This document shows positions 54,815-64,000 of a DNA stretch of 64,000 nucleotides, piece after piece. The stretch covers positions 73,346,001-73,410,000 of the forward strand of contig NC_043004.1 in NCBI RefSeq assembly GCF_006345805.1. The letters run 5' to 3'. This DNA comes from Octopus sinensis. Taxonomy: Eukaryota. How positions within the stretch are numbered: the stretch's first letter is position 1; every line of letters begins with the position of its first letter. The translations under genes were made by a program, and so were the position numbers. The notes beneath the pieces were generated by a model. It saw only the letters and a program-made list of their open reading frames with translations. It did not search any database and was not told where the DNA came from.

Positions 54815-54921
54815 GAACACGAAGAAAGAAACAGAGAGAGAATATTAAAAAAGACTTTCGGAGCTAGCGGTTAATCGTGGCGGCTTACATAAATATATAT
54901 ACTTATATACATACATACATA

Positions 54922-54992
<71 letters not shown>

Positions 54993-55114
54993 ATATATAT
55001 ATATATATATGCATATACATATATATACATATACATGTCTCTATCTTATATATATATATACATATATCGATATATATACATGCATATATATAGGTATGTA
55101 TGTAAGTATACATA

Positions 55115-55525
55115 CTCTGCTATTCATCAAATTGTTTTAGTCGTTGGACAGCGGTCATGCTGGGGCAACGCCTTGGAGGGTTTAGTCGAACAAATCGGCT
55201 CCGATACTTATTTTTTAAGTCTGGAACTTTAATCTATCGGTGTCTTTTGCTGAACCGCTTATATCTAGGGCGTAAACAAACCAACACCGGTTGTCAAGCC
55301 ATGCGGGAATAAATACAAACACGAAGGTACACATAAAAGCAAACGCATATATTCATACATGTATACGCATATACGAAGGGCATCCACATAGATTCTGCAA
55401 ACCAAATTCACTCACACGGCATTGGTGGACTTGAGATTGTTGTCGAAGACAAATGCCAAAGGTGTCGTGCGGTGAACTGAACTCGTAACTATGTGCTTGC
55501 AAAACGAAATTCTTAACCACAGATT
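55115..55525 (-). mobile_element. Degenerate SINE family B
   Basis: cagcggtcatgctggggcaacgcc...aaaccaaattcactcacacggc...actgaactcgtaactatgtg. Confidence 0.7.
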
Positions 55526-55539
55526 AAAGAAGGAAATGT

Positions 55540-55769
55540 TGGCGGCGAGCTGACAGAATCGTTAGTACGCCGGGCGAAATACTTAGCGGTATTTCGTCTG
55601 CCGCTACGTTCTGAGTTCAAATTCCGCCGAGGACTTTGCCTTTCATCCTTTCGGGGTCGATTAAATATGTACCAGTTACGCACTGGGGTCGATATAATCG
55701 ACTTAATCCGTTTGTCTGTCCTTGTTTGTCCTCTCTGTGTTTAGCCCCTTGTGGGTAGTAAAGAAATAG
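55540..55769 (+). mobile_element. Family A SINE monomer, tail type 1
   Basis: ggcggcgagctgacagaatcg...gtagtaaagaaatag. Confidence 0.9.
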
Positions 55770-56472
55770 TATATTTCTTTGTGGCTAATGGCGTGAGTCC
55801 TGATTAGAAGAAGAAGAAGAAGAAGAAGAAGAAGAAGGAGACAGCAACAACAACAACAAATTATTCTAGGGAGGGCAATGAATTAACCAGTTCGTTAGAG
55901 CGTCAGTTAAAAATGTCTTCCTGCATTTGTTCTGAACCATTACGTTCCGTGTTCAAATCCCGCCTAAATTAACTTCGTCTTCCTTCCGCTTGGAGCAAGC
56001 AAAATACAGAAACAGTCAGTACACTGGGTACAGTGTAATCTACTAAGACATTCTTCTAAATTCTTGTCTTTATTTTTAAGTCAGAAATTAGAAGGGCGGT
56101 GTTTGGGAAGAATCGTTTATAGTATCAAATAAAGTACGTTTTAGTATTTGTGCAGCTCTTTAGGATTTCAATTGAAACCTCGCCAAGGTGAATCTTAGAG
56201 TCGATAAAATAAACTTCTAGTCAAATATTGATATTGTTTTAAGTTTAACCCCTTTCCTTAAAACTGGTGCCTATATTAGGACGGATTTCTCTAAGAACCA
56301 ACTTGCATTGTGAGATAGAGCAACCCATAACCAGTTTCATATTTTTTTGATTTTCAAAAATGTACATTATATGTATGTATGTAAAACCTCCGTCTTCGAG
56401 CCATAATTCTGTTATGACTAGCAGTGGATCTATCGGTGAATAAGCAATAAAAATTACTAGAACCACACCATA

Positions 56473-56919
56473 TCTATTATATAAAATCCGTTCTGTCTGT
56501 CTGTGTTTGTGTCATCTAGGATCTCAGGCATCCTCCATCCGATTGCGCTCAAATTTGATATGTAGATACCGACGGTATCAGGGCGTGTATAAATCTTGAA
56601 AAATTACAAAAATCGATTCCAGGTGAGAATGCGATCGATAAAGCCGTAGGAACGTGCATTTGTACGTGCAAGTACATCAGCTGCGGCGATGTACTTAGGG
56701 GTTCTTTAAACCCTTCGGTTGCTTATTTGTGTGAATAAAATCGTTTTACTTTGGAATAGAAAAAAGTCTATCTTTATGTCTTCTTTTGCTGGTGTCTCAA
56801 ATTTTAAAGGTTAGATCAGGGTTTCTCAAAGACGTTCAGACAAGTTGTTTTGAGAAAATTTGGTTTAAATGTTTGACAATCAGCACGTCCATTGGACGGG
56901 GGGGGGGGCGTTTTGCTCG
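56473..56919 (+). mobile_element. Non-autonomous Helitron (~450 bp)
   Basis: A|TCtattatataaaatccgttctgtctgtctg 5' end; subterminal hairpin cgtcc-att-ggacg (56886-56898); CTCG|T 3' end (CTRR variant); inserted between A and T with no TSD. Confidence 0.65.
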
Positions 56920-58609
56920 TATATATATATAAAACACTATGGATAATGAGAAAATAATTATAAGGCGCAATTTCCATTTATAATATATAGTATTGTTGAA
57001 GGATGTATAAAACCTCACCGTTGAGGTACCTGTGTGTGTATGGGGGAGGGGTACAGCTAGGTAGTTGTAATGTTATATATTTTGATGGTGTTATTAGTGA
57101 TGGCATCTCTGGTGGTGGTGGTGGTGGTGGTGGTGGTGGTGGCGATAAGCGTGGTTTTGGTGTTGCTGGTGCTATGCTAGTATCTGCCAAACTGGTACAC
57201 CACGTGGGGTTGTTTCATGGTGACGACAGATGATCAAATACCAAAGCGTTCCGCTCACTTTCTCTATCATAACTCTCTCTCTCTCTCTCTCTCTCATCTC
57301 TCCATTCTCCTGTCCTTCTTCCTCTACTCTTCTATCTCTTTCGCGCTTTCCTGTGCATCCTGTGTATGTTTGTGTATTTGTTCTCTGTTGCGTGTATGTG
57401 TGTTAGAGAGGGAGAGAATGTGCGTGTGTGTGTATTTATGTATGCGTAGGTTGTTTGTTTTTGTGCATATGTTTAAGAGTATGTATGTGGTTTGTGTGTG
57501 TCTGTTCCATATATGTATGTGTGTTAGTATAGTTATATGTTAGTGTGTGTATATATATTGTAATATGTGAGTGTAAGTCAATATGTTTGTCAGTGTGTGT
57601 GCGTTAGTGTGTATGCGCGATAGTATATGCGTCTGTATACATGTTAGTATGCGTATGTATGAGTGTATATGGATAAATGTGTGTGAGAGAGTGTTGTAAG
57701 TATTTATATGTGTTACAAATATGTGTGGATGCTGTGTGGTATGTGTATATGTTCCCTATGTTTGTAAAAGGGCCCAGTGGGTGGCTGCATATATTGAGTC
57801 GGTTTATATTTATGTGTGTGTGTGTGTGTGGGTGCTAGTCGTGTAAGCATATGTGTGTTCATGCGTATGTGTAAGGGAGGAGGTGTGAAGGTGAGGATAA
57901 CTCTGGGAAAAGAAAATAACACCCTTCTCGTTAATAAGGAAAATATTTGAGGTGATGGAATATGTGACTGGTGTGTGTGTGTGTATGTGTGCGTGTGTGA
58001 ATGCGAGAGAGAGAGAGAGAGTGTGTGTGTGTGTGTGTGTGTATGTCAATGCTAGTATGTGTTTAAGGATATAGCAACTGTCATCTATAGCAACTACAAC
58101 GATAATAAGGGACATCAGCGCAAACCCTAATAACAGCAGGAAACGATGAGAATGCCTCAAGTGATCCCTCACCACTGAAGAATAGAAGCCAAATCTCCCT
58201 AAATTCTAAATACATACATACATATATACATACATACAAATATACATACATGCATACATACATAAGCATAAGAGTACATACATAAAACATACAAATCAGC
58301 GCATATATACATACATACACACATACATACATACATACATACATACATACATACATACACACCATACATACATACATACATACATACATACATACATACA
58401 TACATACATACATACATACATACATACATAATTCTGTTGGATTTTACTCATAAGGTATTGGAATCTTACATATATACCATATTCTGCCTAAAAAATGGAT
58501 CTACAATTGCAATATCCCTGCATATCTCGCATCTATTTTCCTTCCTCCACCTCACTCTCTATTTTGTATCCTATCTAAATTAACTATGACTTAACCATCC
58601 TCGCACACC

Positions 58610-58661
58610 GTCTCCGATAAAAGGATATAGTTAATAAATATCCTGGAAACAGCTCTAAGAC
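58610..58661 (+). ncRNA. Degenerate minimal hammerhead-like motif
   Basis: gtct-CCGATAA-a-aggatat(agttaataa)atatcct-g-GAA-A(cagctc)T-A-agac: perfect 7-bp helix II, 4-bp helix I, helix III one change from palindrome ACAGCTGT; core U4C and G8A. Confidence 0.45.
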
Positions 58662-58989
58662 CTTCTATCTATAAATGTTCTAATATCTACACAGCCTTGG
58701 TTTTTTTATCTCATTACGCAAAAAAGTCTTATATGCATACATACATACATACATATACATACATACATAATACATACATACATACATACATACATACATA
58801 CATACACACATACATACATACATACATACATACATACATACATACATACAAACAAAAATCCCCTGTTTTTGATGTTGAATTTCCAATGAAGGAGCCTTGG
58901 ATCTAGGTTAGAAACCGGTTCTTCATTGGCAAGAAATCTTGAAATAAACTGAATAACAACATACATAGACAAAAAGAAGTCCTGCTGAT

Positions 58990-59290
58990 GTGAATATCTC
59001 TATGAAAATAGAAAACACCACTAAACATTTTGTCCAGCATGCTAACGATTCTGCCGGCTGGCCACCCTTTAATATTTGTATCATGACAATAGTTTCCAGT
59101 TTCGGTATAAAGCCAGCATTTTTTAAGGCGATGTGATTAGTCAATAACCATCGATTCTAGTACTTGACTGGTAAAATATTTTTTCGACCCCAGAGGTGTG
59201 AGAGGCAAAGTTGACCTCTGCCGGATTAAAAATCAGACTGTAAATTGTCGGAGAAATACCGGAAGTAATGTTATCTAACACTCTTATGAT
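58990..59290 (-). mobile_element. Two degenerate family A SINE remnants
   Basis: ctaaacattttgtccagcatgctaacgattctgccggctggccacctt; tcgaccccagaggtgtgagaggcaaagttgacc. Confidence 0.6.
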
Positions 59291-59660
59291 TCTAGCAGTT
59301 ACATATATACATGTATATTAGATTTAGGTGAATACTTATGGTATTGCAAGGGGCCATTCTTTACATAATCTATTGCGTGTCATCTAAAAACGGCGGCCCG
59401 TTATTTTTGGCTCATGTCTCTTGGATGCACTATTGGAAAAGAACTGACTCGATAGTCACGACTGGGAGGCCTTTGATAATAGTTTAAATAAACCAATGTC
59501 TAACAGAAGTTTAAGTAACAGCAACAAGTATTCTATTTAACACTTTCTTAGAGAGTAGTATATATACATATGCGCATAGATATGTGTATACATTTATGCA
59601 TATACACATACCTATATGGATATACACAGATGTGATTGTATATATCATACACAATTTACG

Positions 59661-59714
<54 letters not shown>

Positions 59715-61324
59715 TATGCTTTTTCTTTAAACTCACATCACACACTTGCATATATATATATGTGTGTGTATGTGTGACATGGAGCATCTACATAACAGAA
59801 AGAAACCATGGTCCAAGCTGTTTTCGAAATTTCGAATAATTCTTCTTTTGCTGTCGATGATATTTTTGCTTACTGCCAGATGTTCCCTAGATAAAAGAAA
59901 TTAAACACACTCCAGCAATTTCAGTGTGTATATATCTTAGAGATTGTAAGCAGAAACAGCCAGAAGAACGAACGTTGAGTATAAACCTTTATCTTACACC
60001 GTATTGCTTTCTCCAATCTGACAGCTTTCTTTTTCACTCAGCTTTAATAAATAAATACACAAATGTATCCCCAAATATTTCAGGGAACATTCATAAGAAG
60101 TGTGAAGGGAAAAAAACTTCCAAATAAATAAATATATAAATTAATTAATAAATAAAATAATGTTCACGCTGCAAATGGCATTTTTCTATTGTTTTCATGT
60201 ATTTTAGATCCGCCGCCATTGAATGTTTCTGTGCATACGATCCACATGTGAATTGTTAGAGCCACAGACGGAAAAGGGACCCAGATGGTAAAGAATTGGT
60301 TCTTGGGATGCTACTAAATGGCATCCACAGAGCACCTGTTTCTTCTGCAGTCTGTTTATTTATTTGGAATAGAGTATTGGTGAAGCTTTAAGCTAGGGTA
60401 TGGTTGGAATTGGTAAAATCTGTACCAAATGGTATTTAGCAATAATGCAAAACAAATGAGAATGAAACGAGGGAAAGGGAAATAACAGCAGGGGAGAGAA
60501 AGAGAGAGAGAGAGAGAGAAAGAAAGAAAGGAAATAGTTTACTACAGATAGGGAGAAGAGAAAGACAAATTGAATATGTGACAGAAAGAAGGAGAGAAAA
60601 AGATATATATATATATATATATGAGAGAGAGTAGACTAACAGAGAGAGAGAGAGACAGACAGAGAGAGACAGACAGACAGAGAGAGAGAGAGAGACAAAC
60701 CGAAGACAGAGAGAGCGAGAGAGCTACAGAAAGTGAGAAAGCGGGAGAGAGAGTACGTGTGTATATCTGTATGATCACGTATGTATCCGTGACCGTCTGC
60801 GCTCCTTTTATTAAAATAATATATATGACCATTATATTCCAAAAAGTAAGCCAAGCAAAATACTTCAGTTTAAATTTAAGTTAATGTTTTCCAAATGTGA
60901 CAAACTGTTCAAAGATATCAAGTAGATTAACTATTAATGTCTCAAAAGCCACGTCTGGCCGTTCGAGTACAGTTAAAGACTTCGTTTTTATATTGTTTTA
61001 TGTAAGAATATATTTGAATGGATATTTTCTCTGTTATTTTTACCTAAATTCACAGAAATAACAGGAATTCAGCGCTGCAAATTAAGAATAAAAAAGAATT
61101 ATACGTCATATTTAGATATATCGACATTTGTATTTGTTATTATTGCGTCGCCCCCGGTCAGCATCGGTTGAGCAGACATACAAGGTTATCTCAGACGAGT
61201 GCTCCAGAGAATGGGGGGAAAATAAATATAAGAGTCACGGGCAGAAACACAGGATCGGGCGTTAACCATTGACACGATGTAAACTTTTGCGTAACAATAC
61301 GGACATGAGATGTATGTATATTTT

Positions 61325-61644
61325 GGATCTTTACCTTTTGACCGACAGATTTTAAAAATAATTTTTTGTAACTAAACACTTTCAAACTTCGTATACTTCG
61401 CCTGAAGTTGTTGTTGACCAACAATGGCAGTAATTTTATTCAGCTGAATACTCGTCATTGATTGGTTGAAATTACCGAAATACGATAACTTTAACAAGAA
61501 ATAACTTCCAAAATACAGAATTTTGTCAACAACGCCAAGAGTAAAAGATGTTTTATGTGACACATTCTACCAGTATACGAAGTTTGAAAGTGTTTAGTTA
61601 CAAAAAATAATTTTTTTAATCTGTCGGTCAAAAGGTAAAGATCC
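61325..61644. mobile_element. MITE with 73-bp near-perfect inverted arms
   Basis: 61325-61397 ggatctttaccttttgaccgacagatt...cactttcaaacttcgtatact versus the reverse complement of 61572-61644; differences only in the A/T run. Confidence 0.8.
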
Positions 61645-62247
61645 TGTATTTTTGTATATTTCTGTGAATATATAGCACTGAGCTGGGGATAAAAAGCAAC
61701 ACCCACACAGTTTGAACAATACACCTGCTCATGCACTTTCAAAATGCTTAATGTATAGTTAATTATCTATGTAAATATATGAACATCCACTCAATTCTTA
61801 CCTATCGTACATACATTATCCTGAGTACTACATTGCCTATTTTACATACAAAACAAAGGGCAACAAGGGAGTGCTACCTACTATAAACAGCAGGTGAAAA
61901 GCTCAAATCGCATTTCACCGACGATACAATGAAATAGATATAAATATAAATAAAGAAACGGAACATATGGCATTATGTGGTCTGAGTTTTGTATGACAAA
62001 GAAGGTGGGATGGCCACGGTTTGAATGCCTTTGATAATAAGTCTGGCCTGCTGGATCAGAGTTGATCTGGGGGCTAAACAATACCAACAATCAGAGAACC
62101 CTGTTTGTCTTTCCCGAGAAGTGTATATCAAATGATAAAGAGAGAAAGAGAGAGGGAGAGAGAGTGGTAGAGGTAGATACAATGGGAAATGAATGGAGGG
62201 AGAGAGAGAAAGAGAGAGAACGATAGAATGAGAATGAGGGAAATTGG

Positions 62248-62338
<91 letters not shown>

Positions 62339-62679
62339 TTGCGAGTGAACATGTATGTATATACTTTATATATGTACATATACATACTTGGAAAAAGATG
62401 CGTGGCGTTCGATCATATAATAATATAAATAATACATAAATACAGGACAGTGAGAACGTTCTTATTACCACTTTCACCCCCGCAAAAATCCCAAATTTTA
62501 TTTAATTTGCTTTGCGGGAAGGATTGTTTCAACGAATTCGCGTCTTGTTCTTACCTTCGAACGCGGAGTAGATGAAACAGGGACAACTGATGAAGGGGAA
62601 TATTCTTTATGTTGTGTCTCGTTTGTCTGTTTTTTTTTCGTTGTTCGAAAAAAGTTCGTTTTCTATGTACCCATATATG

Positions 62680-62803
62680 CATGTATATATACATATATAT
62701 GTAGGTATGTACATATATGTATGTATATATGCATATATTTATATATTAATAATGTATAATATATATTTATGTATGTATATATACATATATATATTTATGT
62801 ATG

Positions 62804-62838
<35 letters not shown>

Positions 62839-62911
62839 GATATATATATATATATTTATGTATGTATATATATATATATATAATATATATATATATATTT
62901 ATTTATGTATG

Positions 62912-62958
<47 letters not shown>

Positions 62959-63002
62959 GTATGTATGTATATATATATATTATGTATGTATATATATAAT
63001 AT

Positions 63003-63033
<31 letters not shown>
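62680..63033. repeat. (TA)n/(TATG)n microsatellite
   Basis: Direct inspection. Confidence 0.9.
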
Positions 63034-63034
63034 T

Positions 63035-63262
63035 AAGGCGGCGAGCTGGCAGAAACGTTAGCACGCCGGGCGAAATGCGTAGCCGTATTTCGTCTGCCGT
63101 TACGTTCTGAGTTCAAATTCCGCCGAGGCCGACTTTGCCTTTCATCCTTTCGGGGTCGATAAATTAAGTACCAGCTACGCACTGGGGTAGATATAATCGG
63201 GTTAATCCGTTTGTCTGTCCTTGTTTGTCCCCTCTGTGTGCAGCCCCTTGTAGGTAGTAAAG

Positions 63263-63263
<1 letters not shown>
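63035..63263 (+). mobile_element. Family A SINE monomer, tail type 1
   Basis: aaggcggcgagctggcagaaacgttagcacgccgggcg...gtagtaaagaaa. Confidence 0.9.
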
Positions 63264-63296
<33 letters not shown>

Positions 63297-64000
63297 CAGT
63301 ATATCTAAGTCGATTTAGACGGAGAACTCCATTCTTCCGTCCGAGAAAACAGCAATTCATCGGGAAAGCTCCCTAGTAACAGGCTACTAGAACAACTTAA
63401 ATAAACTATGGTGCTTAAACATTTATATTGAGTACTTCTCTCATTCATGACTACTGACGAATCTACACAGACGCAAAGTAAAGATATAGAGACGGGGGAC
63501 GAGGGGGAAAAAGAGAAAGCATGCTTGTGAGATACACACATATATAGGGAGAGAGAGGGAGAGAGGAGCGACAAAGAGAGAGAGAGAGACAGACAGACAG
63601 AACAGAAGCAAAGAGAGGGAAGAGGAAAGAGGGAGAGGTACTAATTAAATGTAACACTAACAGAGGAGAGCTGTACATCTATATAAGTATTCGAATATGA
63701 AGAAAACAGAAACCCATTCGAGATATCTAAACATAGAAGGGAAGAAGGTCGACATGAAGGATCTCGGTCGCTCCTGAAGAGATGAGCAGATAAATCCAGT
63801 GAAATGTTATCAGTTTTCTTAAGTAGTTTAAAGTAGTGGAAGATTGCCTCAAGTATCATTATAGGAAACCAAACATAAATTAAGGCCATTTGTAAAGCAT
63901 TAGCTTTCGGTTGTTTTGTTGTTGTTTGTGTTCTTTTTTTCGTGGTTGTTATTGTTGTTGTTCTTCCATTGTTACTGTAGCTCCTGTTGTTCTTATGGTT

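Noticed and set aside
58883-58929. ccaatgaag...gaaaccggtt-cttcattgg as another hammerhead
   Set aside because: The core is CCAAUGA and pairs perfectly with the downstream 9 nt, giving a plain hairpin rather than a three-way junction
62587-62620. CTGATGAAG followed by ggggaatattc
   Set aside because: No closing helix II strand or GAAA follows

Overview
Eukaryotic, AT-rich, repeat-saturated DNA with no prokaryotic gene content. The SINE families and the extreme microsatellite load point to an octopus (coleoid cephalopod) genome; this is an inference from recalled repeat families, not a database hit. Almost all ORFs in the supplied track are microsatellite read-through. Supportable content: dozens of tRNA-headed SINE copies (called here family A, B, C and D), two decayed mariner elements, a maT/Tc1-like end, a hAT MITE, a non-autonomous Helitron, RTE and RTE-BovB 3' fragments, a 1.6 kb R4/Dong-type retrotransposon with a restriction-like endonuclease, several foldback elements and a near-identical 1617 bp tandem duplication. 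The only plausible host coding sequences are a Lys/Arg-rich minus-strand exon candidate (2310-2624) and a 173-codon open frame running off the left edge. Two observations stand out. (1) Five loci carry minimal type-I hammerhead-ribozyme-like folds with palindromic helix III, as in Penelope-like elements. One sits in a 274-nt retrozyme-like direct/inverted repeat unit, and two are divergent back-to-back pairs. All have non-canonical core positions, so activity is unproven. (2) Family A SINEs form multimers with a fixed tail-to-position-+51 junction, including a tetramer inside a single 15-bp TSD and a chimeric dimer. Coordinates were counted by eye; SINE and microsatellite boundaries are approximate.
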